A stretch of DNA of 64,000 nt, from the NCBI GenBank assembly GCA_951406725.2, contig OX597816.1:6758001-6822000 (forward strand), in the 5' to 3' direction. How positions within the stretch are numbered: the stretch's first letter is position 1; the number at the start of each line of letters is the position of its first letter. Below are positions 1 to 11,290 of this stretch, piece after piece. The stretch is from Octopus vulgaris. Taxonomy: Eukaryota. The notes beneath the pieces are model-generated. The model saw only the letters and a list, made by a program, of their open reading frames with translations. It was not told the DNA's origin and made no database searches. The translations under genes and the position numbers were made by a program.

Positions 1-549
1 TCTTTGACTGCTTTGTTTACAGAGACGACCTCGTTAACTTTTCATTTTCAGTGCTGCCTCTTAATTCTATTAATAAAAATTTGTAGGGATTCTAGAATTA
101 ATACAGGGTTTCTGTGATTTTAGTATTTAATTCAAGTCCTACTTTAGAACTATCCCACAACATGATTTGGAATTTTTGCTGGGGTTTTCTTTTTGCTTTT
201 TGTTGTTGTTGTTTTTTTGTTTTTTTATTATATGCTTTTTGCTTGGGGTTTTTTTGGTGCGTTTCTTTCGTTTTTATTTTGGTTGTTTGTTTTTTCAATT
301 TCATGAAGAAAATAGTTCGACTTTAAAATATTCCAAAATATTCCTTATCTCTGATACAGGACATTGTTGTGGCTATTGTTTTTGTTGTTGTTGTTGTTGT
401 TGTTGTTGCTGTTGTTGTTGCTGATGGTTGTGGAAGTAAGGGTGATGGTGGCGGTGGTGATACAGTTTTAGATTAAGTGAAATTGCAGATTCAGCCAAGA
501 ATTGTATATGTATGAGTATATATATATATATATGTGTGTATGTGTGTAC

Positions 550-586
<37 letters not shown>

Positions 587-615
587 CTTATATATATACA
601 CATACATATATATAT

Positions 616-672
<57 letters not shown>

Positions 673-915
673 CACGAGTACATATATATATATATATACA
701 CATACATATAGGTAGATTGATATACACACCTATGCATTTGTACATATACACATATATGTCTGCATACATAGATACACACACATATATGCACCCATACGTA
801 TATGCATACATACATGCATATCAGCAAAATAGTTTATATGTGTGTGTGTGTGCGTGAGTGTGTATGTGCATGAGTTCGTGTGTGTGTGTGTCTGTGTGTG
901 TGTCTCTGTGTGTGT

Positions 916-956
<41 letters not shown>

Positions 957-1533
957 TGTGTGTGTGTGTCCGATTTTGCCGCAAACATTGGAATTCTGTA
1001 TACAGAGTGCCAAAATGAGTCTGTTTTATTGGTTTTGATGTTTTTGGTGGGGTTTTTTTACGTTTATTTTATTTTTGTCTCTTGTGATGATGAATGGTGA
1101 TTCTGGTGGGGAGCATAATTGGTGTTGACAGATTAAAAAAAAAAAAAAAGAGAGAAAAAGAGAAAAAAAAACAGAAATGAAGCAACTGAATCGAAAGTTA
1201 GCCGGTTCAATTCCATAATGGAATTTTGCCAAAACGCCGAAATGCAATTCGGAAATAAGTTCCAATGACAGTTCTCAACCATTTCTTTTGGAATGGTACT
1301 ACAGATGTGTTTATTGTTGTTTTTGTTTTTTATTTTGTTGGTTTGTTAGTAGTTATTATGTTGTTCTTTCGTTTTGATTTTGGTTTTGTTTTGTTTTTTT
1401 TTCTTTGGTTTTTTGCTTGTTTTTTTTCTCTCTCTTTTTTTCCTTCTTATTCTTCGATTGTTGCTTGTGTTCCAACCCTGAAAGCGGAATCGGACTGTTA
1501 ATTTGCAATGATGTCATCTTAGATTGAAGAGTC

Positions 1534-1577
1534 TCAATGGAGTCTACCACTCGACTGAGAGGTCATGAATGGGTACC
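1534..1577 (-). CDS. Candidate terminal coding exon of an unidentified minus-strand gene, followed by a long A/U-rich, microsatellite-containing putative 3' UTR toward position 1
   Basis: Minus-strand acceptor tattgttattgtttttgtgatAG|GGTACCC (AG at 1579-1578). Reads (R)YPFMTSQSSGRLH* (stop ends 1534) or (T)VPIHDLSVEW* (stop ends 1544); both are phase-compatible with the 12934-13018 exon. Frame unresolved. Confidence 0.5.
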
Positions 1578-1892
1578 CTATCACAAAAACAATAACAATA
1601 CTACTATATAAGTAGACACTTAACTCTATTGAAGAATGGGGAATGAAGTCATATGACCGGAAAAAGCCGAGGAATGCATTAACGCCCACCCCGTCACCTT
1701 CATTGATTGTGGGTACACTTTTATCCAAACCTATTATCGTAGATTTCCAAACCTATTATCGTAGAATTATCGCAAATTTCATGATAAGCTAGCAATAAGG
1801 CAAACAGCGGAACAGGATCAAATCCAGGTTAAGCTATTTAGCTATTTCTAATGTACCCACTCTCCATATCTGCAAATTTTAGCCTGTAGTCA

Positions 1893-1961
1893 GTCCCCCT
1901 GACGATGGGGAATAGATTTTGACAATTTAACTTATGTTCACCATGTTACATACATCGGGAC
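1893..1961 (+). ncRNA. Decayed hammerhead relic
   Basis: GUCCC(C)-CUGACGA-UGG...CCA-(GAAA lost)-...UC-GGGAC. Helix I is intact but the GAAA box is mutated. Confidence 0.3.
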
Positions 1962-2139
1962 CAACAGCCCTCGTATTTTCAATGTCTCGGAGAAATATAG
2001 AATTGGTCAGGTGTGTTGATGAACAATTACCAACCATGGAAGAGAAATCTTAAAATCATATCAGCTGAATTGAGGAGTAGAGTACCCCTTAGTTAAGATA
2101 CTTCACTCTCAACAACCCAGTCAATGCAAATGTAGACGA

Positions 2140-2485
2140 CAAAACAGTGTTTCTGGTTGCCCGGTCCTGGCTAAAAAGGAATATATTCCCTGACATGACA
2201 GAGTTGGGACCTACATACACTGGAATCTATGCCAACACTATGGAATAGCAACAGAAAAAAGATGGTATAGGTACACACCAGAAAAGGTCACAGAAAATAA
2301 GAAAGCAACCATACTGTGGGATATGCCCACAGATAGAGAAATTAAGGCCAATAGACCGGATATAGATGTCAGGGATCACCAAGAAAAAAAATGTTTTTTA
2401 ATCGATGTATCAATACCAACAGATGACAATGTTTCTCTAAAAGAGACGGAGACACTTTCAAAATACAAAGACCTGGAAATACTAA
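2140..2485 (+). mobile_element. Non-LTR retrotransposon fragment, R4/Dong-like (zinc-knuckle/RLE region)
   Basis: Translates SGCPVLAKKEYI.*HDRVGTYIHWNLC...ILWDMPTDREIKANRPDI.VRD..EKKCFLIDVSIPTDDNVSLKETE.LSKYKDLEI, a restriction-like endonuclease PD..D motif. Confidence 0.85.
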
Positions 2486-2793
2486 TGAAACACTCGTGTG
2501 TTTCATTAGTTTGCTCTCAACCACATATATAGTATAATGATATGTTGAAAAAAGATTGGGTCCAGAAGGTGAAGTTGTTTCCCTTCCATAAACACAAACA
2601 ATACAGCAATGATCCAATTACATATTCCATTGGACATCGATGAGGAGTGACTCAAACCTGAGTCACACCTAAAGAGATGAGGCGTTCATACGGCGTCATT
2701 GATTTATATATATATCTCTACTTCCCTATTCCTATCTTGGAAGGGAAAAATGATCGGACAGTCGATACGAAACTGACTGAAACATAATTATTA

Positions 2794-3186
2794 CTAGTAG
2801 TATCGCCCGGCGTTGCTCGGGTTTGTTTCGACCCTTTAGAATTGGAATTTTTGAAAAGTAAAAATTTTGCATTATGTAGCTTGTTATTCTCTTTAAGTGA
2901 ACATTTTTCTGGTTGAAATACACCGAGAAATGGCGACACAGCAGTCAAAATATCGTAAAAAATACGGATTTTCAGAGAAAAAAAAAGCACCTTTTTGATG
3001 TAAATAATTTTTGGTGTTAACATGGTCCGATTTGAATTTTTTCTTCTACGGAATAAAGAGCAAGCCTTTTTTCTATCATACTCTCAATTTTGGTCAACTT
3101 GCACCGCAGGGTCTCGGAGGAGATAGTGTTAGTTGAAGGCTACCAAACCTGCCACACACAGACAACTTCAGCTTTATATATATATA
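2794..3186 (-). mobile_element. Non-autonomous Helitron, copy 1
   Basis: Minus-strand 3' end CTAG|T preceded by hairpin CCCGAGCAACGCCGGG; 5' end ...TATATAAAGCTG merges into (TA)n. Highly similar to 51249-51640. Confidence 0.8.
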
Positions 3187-3812
3187 TTATTCAGTAGTTT
3201 TACCAAGCGCAGCTCTGTGTGCCTTGGGTATGTGCTGCGGTTTTTGTAATGCTCTTACGGTCACTGTATTGAAAGTGTTTTCTGTAGGATGTGTGCAGTG
3301 TCCAGTAGTGCTATTTTCTGCCTGTTATATATATTTGTTAATCCTGGTGTTTTTAGTCATGCATTTGTCTGAATATTTTTTTATCATACCTAATGCGCCC
3401 ACTATGATAGGAATTCTTTCTGTTTTTAGATTCCACATTCGAGTTAACTCTATTTCCAGGTCTTTGTATTTTGAGAGTTTCTCCGTCTCTTTTAGAGAGA
3501 CATTGCCATCTGTTGGTATCGATTAGAAAGCATTTTTTTCTTGGTGTCTTATGTTTCTTTGTGCAAGATATTATCAAGCTCCAGGATCCCAAGGTACTTG
3601 TACCCATCATCATCCGGGTCTCCTATTCGCTCTCCGTTTGGCAGTTATATCCCCTTATAATCTGTTCTTTTCCCCCGCTTCAAAGTGAGCACCGTACACT
3701 TCGAGATCCCGAATTCCATTCCTATATCCTTGCTGTACATATGCACAGTTTCAACCAGCCTCTCCATTTCAGGCTCTGTTTTTGCGAACAGTTTCAAATC
3801 ATCCACAAAAAG
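3187..3812 (-). mobile_element. R4/Dong-like LINE relic: RT piece joined to the RLE C-terminus and 3' UTR
   Basis: FVDDLKLFAK...DIGMEFGISKC...YKYLGILE, then KKCFLID...KLSKYKDLEIELTRMWNLK...PIIVGALG...QKIALL.TAHIL. Confidence 0.85.
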
Positions 3813-3879
3813 GAAAATCATTTTCGTATATCATTATCGTTCTGGGGCGATAAATGAAGGAGATCTAATGTACTAACAT

Positions 3880-5004
3880 TTCCAATCGCGATCCGTCTGC
3901 GACAACCAACACCTCAGGCATTGCAGCGTAGAGTTTTCTTCCAGGACCTCTTTCCGAATATATTTCCAATTAGCTTTATGAAAGCTCAGGCTGGAAAGCA
4001 GACGGACGCTTCTAGTAGACTGCATGTCCACACTTCCCCGCGAACCATACATTGTTAGGAGTCAGAAAAAATTGTCGGTGTCACCATAACATCTTGGATG
4101 AGTGTCGCGCATTTTGTGAAGCAAAGGTCTAGAACATTTTTACTCCTTGTTGGGTGGCGCACTATTTGCTCCTTAAATACCATGTTTGTAAGGTCAGACA
4201 GAGACTCTACTCGCCCCTGTTTATGCAGTGACATACCTGGAGGAGACGGCCCCAGGCCATTCGACATTAGAGAAGTTGAATTCTTCCACAAGAAGAACGG
4301 AAGGCTGTCATTTAGGTTGGTTGATATTTTTCCATCTTTTTGAGGCTCTGTTCGAATGAATCCCCATGATTTGAAGCATCTGGGCGATATGTGGTACATA
4401 TTACCATTTGGATCTGTTTAATGTGAATTACCAGAGTGCCACAAACTGACTTTGAGTGTGGAATCTTCCCGGGTTTACATAACAGGTCCACCATGAGTTC
4501 TTTCTCTCCTATCAGTTCGAAATAATAAAATATTTCGGTATTTATACTTCGGCATCTGCTACGACAGTGGTCAGATGTCTTTCTGCTAGTACCATGCATA
4601 TTACTTGATTACCTAGAATAAATCTTTCAAGTATGGGGTTTTGTGCTGGTGTGGTGTCACAAGGTTCCTGGTATTCAGCAGGGACAATGCTATGGAATGT
4701 CAGTGGTGGCCGCTCGTCTGACATTTGTGGAACTTACCACACCACCATTGATACATGCCTTCATTCTGTCATGGAATTTTTGAGCGATTTTGTTTTTTCG
4801 GTTACGGCCAACCATGGCATGCAATGTCTGTCTGAAGCTTTTTAAACTGTGGCAAGGCCCTGCACAGAGCAACCCCAGTTTCTAGAGAACGTATGCTTTT
4901 GTTAAAAAAGAACTCGTCTATATCCTTAGATGCAAACAAACGACCCGCAAGTAATACAGTGTTCCTTCTCACAGCTCGTAGAGAGATGTCTAAACAAAGT
5001 GTAG

Positions 5005-5005
<1 letters not shown>
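3880..5005 (-). mobile_element. Decayed LINE (CR1/L2-group-like) AP-endonuclease region
   Basis: Frameshifted pieces VICTTYRP, EQIVRHPTRSKNVLDLCFT...VTPTIFSD and LSFHKANWKYIR. Confidence 0.75.
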
Positions 5006-5064
<59 letters not shown>

Positions 5065-5394
5065 ATGTTTGTTCCTTCTCGAACCACACCTGGCTCATAA
5101 GGGCCGGTTTCCAGGTTTCCTTGGCATATAGGTTCCCCACCTGGACGGGACGCCGGTCTATCTCAGGTAAGCTGCAAGATGCAGGAGGAAAGAGTGAGAG
5201 AAAGTTGTGGCGAAAGAGTCAGCAGAAGTTCGCCATTACCTTCTGCCGGAGCCGCGTGGAGCTTAGGTGTTTCGCTCATAAACACACACATCGCCCGGTC
5301 TGAGATTCGAACCCGCGATCTCTCGACCGCGAGTCCGCTGCTCTAACCACTAGGCCATGTGCCTCCACTGTGTACATACATACATTCACACACA

Positions 5395-5444
<50 letters not shown>

Positions 5445-5458
5445 AATATATATATATA

Positions 5459-5496
<38 letters not shown>

Positions 5497-5598
5497 TCGG
5501 GGTGAGTACTTGATAATTATAAGCACCTGTGTATACCGTTTGGTGGTGTAGGTGGTGGAGTAAATTGATCAAAATAAAAACATGATGCGAAGGATTCA

Positions 5599-5676
5599 GC
5601 GGTACATATGTTTCGGGCCTTTATTAGACAGATTTATAACAATGCATAATGTATGTCTGTGGCCTTCTTCAGCCGC
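5599..5676 (-). ncRNA. Mirror copy of the same minimal hammerhead in the other arm of the palindrome
   Basis: Exact reverse complement of 5817-5894. Confidence 0.8.
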
Positions 5677-5816
5677 GCACAACAGCTTCCACAAGGACAT
5701 GTGTTACATCAGAAATTCTTGGTTGGGGATGCAAATCCTCCCATTCGAATGGGAGGATTTGCATCCCCAACCAAGAATTTCTGATGTAACACATGTCCTT
5801 GTGGAAGCTGTTGTGC

Positions 5817-5894
5817 GCGGCTGAAGAAGGCCACAGACATACATTATGCATTGTTATAAATCTGTCTAATAAAGGCCCGAAACATATGTACCGC
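5817..5894 (+). ncRNA. Minimal type I hammerhead ribozyme (Penelope-like element type)
   Basis: GCGG-CUGAAGA-A-GGCC...GGCC-C-GAAA-CAUAUG-UA-CCGC. Helix I GCGG/CCGC, palindromic helix III ACAUAUGU, predicted cleavage after 5890. Confidence 0.8.
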
Positions 5895-5948
5895 TGAATC
5901 CTTCGCATCATGTTTTTATTTTGATCAATTTATATATATATATATATA

Positions 5949-6093
5949 TATATAAGAATTTTTTTTGCGTAATAAGATAAAAAAACCAAGGCTGTATAGA
6001 TATTAGAGCATTCTATCTATTCTATCTATAAATGCTCTAATATCTATACAGCCTTGTTTTTCTTTTATCTCATTACACAAAACAGTCTTATAT
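5949..6093. repeat. Imperfect inverted repeat
   Basis: Core arms caaggctgtatagatattagagcatt / aatgctctaatatctatacagccttg with degenerate extensions. Confidence 0.85.
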
Positions 6094-6402
6094 ACACACG
6101 CTGACATAGAACCAACGTAGAACCCTTTATTCGCAATATTCCTGAATCTGGAACTTAACTATGGTCTGTCTATAGCACTTGTTCAGCATTACCTGACACC
6201 TTTGGGTCTCAATGACACCATTATCTCTTTTATATATATATATATATATATATGTTTAAGTAGTTGAATGAATTATTCTAGTATGGATAATTCGGTTAAC
6301 CGATACCCGGGTAGTAAATTTACGTCAGAAAGCACGGTTGAAGCTACATGCCAAAGGCAGAAATCATGTGCTTTCGTGTGGAATTTTGTGTGTTTTTTTT
6401 AC

Positions 6403-6492
6403 TATAGATAAATGAAAGAATGGAGTCGAACGACGATTTAACAAAATATTTTGTTAAATCGTCGTTCGACTCCATTCTTTCATTTATCTATA
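6403..6492. repeat. Perfect 90-bp palindrome
   Basis: tatagataaatgaaagaatggagtcgaacgacgatttaacaaaat followed by its reverse complement; centre between 6447 and 6448. Confidence 0.95.
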
Positions 6493-6720
6493 TTATAGAT
6501 ATATATATATAATAAATAAATAAAACATATGCATATATACATACATATATGTACGTACCTACCTCTACATGTATATATACATGCATATATGGGTACAGGA
6601 CACCAAAAGAAAACCGTCTAACACAATGAGAAACGAAAACATAAACACAAAACCAAGGAAATGGACATTTTTCTTAAACAACGAAAATATAGAGTACAGG
6701 ACATACAAAACAAGGAAAAG

Positions 6721-6783
6721 TCCCCTTCTTCAGTCGCCTTTGTTTCATTTACTCCACGTTTCGAAGGTTAAGGCGATACATGA
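6721..6783 (-). ncRNA. Candidate hammerhead ribozyme with non-canonical (C-B-A) strand order
   Basis: Minus strand: U-CAUG-UA-UCGCCUU-aa-CCUU-C-GAAA-CGUG-G-...-AAGGCGA-CUGAAGA-A-GGGG. Perfect 7-bp helix I and 5-6-bp helix III abut the core in register; GUA cleavage triplet. Confidence 0.55.
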
Positions 6784-6969
6784 CTTTAATGAAACAATCC
6801 TTCCCGCGAAAATCAAATTAAATAAAATTTGAGATCTTTTTGCGGAGGGGTAAAAATGGTAACATAAACAGGACAGTAACGACAGTACAAAATATAAACA
6901 GTAAAAGACAGGACAAGGAGAATAACAGTAACACAAACAAGAAAGGCTGTTAAGCCGAACGAGATAAAA

Positions 6970-7019
6970 TTTCGTTTTACTGGAATATATATATATATAT
7001 ATATTCCAGTAAAACGAAA
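6970..7019. repeat. Short palindrome centred on (AT)n
   Basis: tttcgttttactgga-(AT)n-tccagtaaaacgaaa. Confidence 0.9.
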
Positions 7020-7121
7020 AACGAGATTTGAACTCAGGCAATCTACCAAAGCAGATGTTTGTTTCGATGTTTCTAGATTTCTTTTATTTTCGGCTAATAT
7101 TTTCTATTTGTTCATCACGCT

Positions 7122-7313
7122 GATAATAATGACGACGACGACGACGACGATGATGATGATGATGATGACGATGACGATGATGATGATGATGATGATGATG
7201 ATGACGATGACGATGATGATGATGATGATGATGACGACGATGATGATGATGATGATGATGATGACGACGATGATGATGATGATGATGACGACGATGATGA
7301 TGATGATGATGAC

Positions 7314-7388
<75 letters not shown>

Positions 7389-7580
7389 AATGATGAGGAT
7401 GATGATGATGATGATGATGATAATAATGATGATGATGATGATGATGATGATGATTATGATGATGATGATGATGATGACGACGATGATGATGATGATGATG
7501 ATGATGACGACGATGATGATGATGATGATGACGACGATGATGATGATGATGATGACGACGATGATGATGATGATGATGAC

Positions 7581-7621
<41 letters not shown>

Positions 7622-7650
7622 CGACGATGATGATGATGATGATAACAACA

Positions 7651-7682
<32 letters not shown>

Positions 7683-7707
7683 AATAATAATAATGATGAT
7701 GATGATG

Positions 7708-7745
<38 letters not shown>

Positions 7746-7752
7746 AATAATA

Positions 7753-7812
<60 letters not shown>

Positions 7813-7892
7813 ATGATGATGATGATGATGATGACGACGATGATAATGATGATGATGATGATAACGACGATGATGATGATGATGATGACGAC

Positions 7893-7988
<96 letters not shown>

Positions 7989-7995
7989 AATGATG

Positions 7996-8026
<31 letters not shown>

Positions 8027-8097
8027 CGATGATGATGATGATGATGATGATTATGATGATGATGATGATGACGATGATGATGATGATGATGATGATT

Positions 8098-8167
<70 letters not shown>

Positions 8168-8226
8168 CGACGATGATGATGATGATGATGATGACGACGA
8201 TGATGAAGATGATGATGATGATGATG

Positions 8227-8269
<43 letters not shown>

Positions 8270-8316
8270 CGATGATGATGATGATGATGATGATTATGAT
8301 GATGATGATGATGACA

Positions 8317-8350
<34 letters not shown>

Positions 8351-8405
8351 CGATGATGACGACGACGATGATGATGATGATGATGATGATGACGACGACG
8401 ACGAC

Positions 8406-8451
<46 letters not shown>

Positions 8452-8473
8452 ATGATGATGGAGAAGATGATGA
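7122..8473. repeat. About 1.35-kb interrupted (ATG)n microsatellite
   Basis: ATG units with ACG/ATA/AGG/ATT variants; followed by (TTA)n at 8524-8712 and (CT)n at 8905-9007. Confidence 0.98.
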
Positions 8474-8640
8474 AGGCAGTAACGAAAGTTGATCAAAATG
8501 ATTCGTATATTTGTTTCTGCCACTTATTATTATTATCTCTATTATTATTATTATTATCTCTATTATTATTGTTATTATCATTATTATTATTATTATTATT
8601 ATTACTTTTTTTTTTCTTCTTTCAAATTTGCTTCCATTTC

Positions 8641-8686
<46 letters not shown>

Positions 8687-8899
8687 CATCATTATTATTA
8701 TCATCATCATTATTTATCAGTCAATTTTATTTCCAGATAATATATTATATATCCAATGATATACTGATATTATACAACCAATAATACAATAAGTTAATAT
8801 TATATCTGCTCTAATATAATAGATAAGGTTTTAGTGTATCAAGTTTTCATCTCTTTTTCTAACAGAAAAACGGTAGATTTAACGAAAGAGTGCATTGCT

Positions 8900-9000
<101 letters not shown>

Positions 9001-9606
9001 CTCTCTCAGTCTGTCAGCACATCACTCATACTAACTGGGCCACAGGTGGCTCATATCTTTTGAAGAGATACAATCTAAGCTTCTACAAACGATAAATGGT
9101 GACAAACGCAGTTAAAATGGAATTTGGTTGCTAATGCAGAATCACTGTTGCTATCTGTCGCTTAAATATAAGAGTTTTTGACAATGGAAAACGGGTTCCT
9201 ACTTAACGGAGAACGTGATGTCATTGTGATTATTAATTTAAGTTTACTTCTTTTTTCTATTTAATTGGGGGAAATAAAACGTTTCGAGTTTATACAAGAC
9301 GTATGATGGACGAACAGACAGAGAGTTAGGCACACAGATATCCTTATATAAACAGACGCACATAATACAATCGACGGAATGACTTTCGGCAAGTATTTTG
9401 TACGTAATTATATTTGCATATATTTTTCAGAGCCACGCAGATACAAACTCAAGCTGAATTTTTCCAGGTTTCTGGTTTGTATAAATTTTTTCCGTGTTTA
9501 TAGATTTTTTTTTTTTAATGTGAAGGTACGTGGCTTAGTGGTAAGAGGCAATGTGCTGGCAGGATTGTTAGCATGCTGGGGAAAATGCTTAGCAATATTT
9601 TAAAAA

Positions 9607-10185
9607 GGTGGCGAGCTGGCAGAAACGTTAGCACGCCGGGCGAAATGCTTAGCGGTATTTCGTCTGCCGTTACGTTCTGAGTTCAAATTTCGCCGAGGTC
9701 TACTTTGCCTTTCATCCTTTCGGGGTCGATAAATTAAGTACCAGTTATGCACTGGGGTCGATGTGATCGACTTAATCCGTTTGTCTGTCCTTGTTTGTCC
9801 CCTCTCTGTTTAGCCCCTTGTGGGTAGTAAAGAAATAGGTATTTCGTCTGTTTTTACATTCTGAGTTCAAATTCAGCCGAGGTCGACTTTGCCCTTCATC
9901 CTTTCGGAGTCGATTAAATAAGTACCAGTTACGCACTGGGGTCGATATAATCGACTTAATCCGTTTGTCTGTCCTTGTTTGTCCTCTCTGTATTTAGCCC
10001 CTTGTGGGTAGTAAAGAAAAGGTATCTCGTCAGTCTTTACGATCTGAGTTCAAATTCTGCCGAGATTAACTTTGCCATTCATCCTTTCGAGGTCGATAAA
10101 TTAAGTACCAGTTGCGTACTGGGGTCGATCTATTTGATTGACCCCCTCCCAAAAAATTTCGGGTCTTGTGCCTAGAGTAGAAAAG
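9607..10185 (+). mobile_element. SINE family C, tandem three-unit array
   Basis: Head ggtggcgagctggcagaaacgttagcacgccgggcg. Body gttcaaatt...gcctttcatcctttcggggtcgataaattaagtaccag occurs three times. Confidence 0.85.
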
Positions 10186-10187
10186 TA

Positions 10188-10738
10188 GAAAGTTCGTGCT
10201 GATTTTTAAAGGAAAGAAAAAGGTCAATAAATACTTGCCATTACATTTTTAATCAACCAAATATGAACCATTTTGTTGCACAATTCGTCTCCATCTTTCC
10301 TTTAACTTGAAAATACCCTCTTCCCAGAATTGAGGTGGTTTCATGGCAAAGAATTCATCAAGGTATCTTTTTACGTCATCCAAGGCATTGAAATTTTTAC
10401 TATTAAGACTATTCTGCAGAAACCTGAATAAGTGGAAATCCGAAGGAGCAATATCTGGTGAATATGGAGAGCCGGGTAACACATCCCAGCCGAGCTGCAG
10501 CAATTTTTGTCTGGTTCCCAAAGTATCAAATGCCGAAAATGAAATTTCTTATCTTCCATTTTAAAGGGTTACAGAATTAACACAGATTATAGGAACATAA
10601 ACCTTCTTCAACGATAGCTTAAACTGTGCTCGAAATGGAGGTGTAGTCAAATCCTATTTTATGGACTCACCTATGTTCTAAAATAAGTTGAAAGGTAAGC
10701 TACTATAAATCGGCACGAAATTTCCAGACAACCCAATA
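10188..10738 (-). mobile_element. Internally deleted mariner element
   Basis: N-terminus MEDKKFHFRH directly joined to C-terminus TRQKLLQLGWDVLP.SPYSPDIAPSDFHLFRFLQN...GSYLVD*. TIR ttgggttgtctggaaatttcgtgccgattt plus TA at the right end; left TIR truncated. Confidence 0.9.
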
Positions 10739-10928
10739 TAAACACAGTTGGAAATGATTTTGTACTTCAGAACATAAAGATGGATGAAATACCGCTAAGC
10801 ATTAAATCCGGCATGCTTACGATTCTGCCAGCTCATCACCATGTATATATTTTACATATGGCCACTCTATATATACATATATATATAGGGGAGATCATTT
10901 TTTTAACCAGGACAAACAGAAAAATACG

Positions 10929-11290
10929 TGGCACCCCGTCGGTTACTGATCCAATTAACGGAACAGCCTGCTCGTGAAATTAACGTGCAAGTGGCTGAGC
11001 ACTCCACAGACACGTGTACCCTTAACGTAGTTCTCGGGGAGATTCAGCGAGACACAGAATGTGACAAGGCTGGCCCTTTGAAATACAGGTACAACAGAAA
11101 CAGGGAGAAAGAGTGAGAGAAAGTTGTGGTGAAAGAGTAGAGCAGGGTTCGCCACCATCAATTGCCGGAGCATCGTGGACCTTTAGATGTTTTCGTTCAA
11201 TAAACACTCACAACGCCCAGTCTGGGAATCGAAATTGCGATGCTACGACCGCGAGTCCGCTGCCCTAACCACTGGGCCATTACGCTTCCA
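10929..11290 (-). mobile_element. tRNA-derived SINE family A
   Basis: Reverse complement of 12080-12460; A box tggcccagtggttagg and B box ggtttcgattcc-like. Confidence 0.9.

Larger units (their letters stand above)
5561..5932. repeat. Perfect 372-bp palindrome (186-bp arms, no spacer)
   Basis: Centre CCCATTC|GAATGGG between 5746 and 5747. The identical ORFs 5582-5824(+) and 5669-5911(-) confirm the symmetry. Confidence 0.97.

Noticed and set aside
2636-2682. Hairpin gtgactca/tgagtcac preceded by cgatgag; similar weak hammerhead look-alikes at about 6328-6375, 17304-17353 and 52780-52805
   Set aside because: Core boxes are too degenerate to distinguish from chance.
5582-5911. Two identical 80-aa ORFs on opposite strands
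   Set aside because: A by-product of the perfect palindrome; no recognisable protein.
7084-8784. 479-aa poly-His and 558-aa poly-Met ORFs
   Set aside because: Translations of an (ATG)n microsatellite; no complexity and no convincing splice context.
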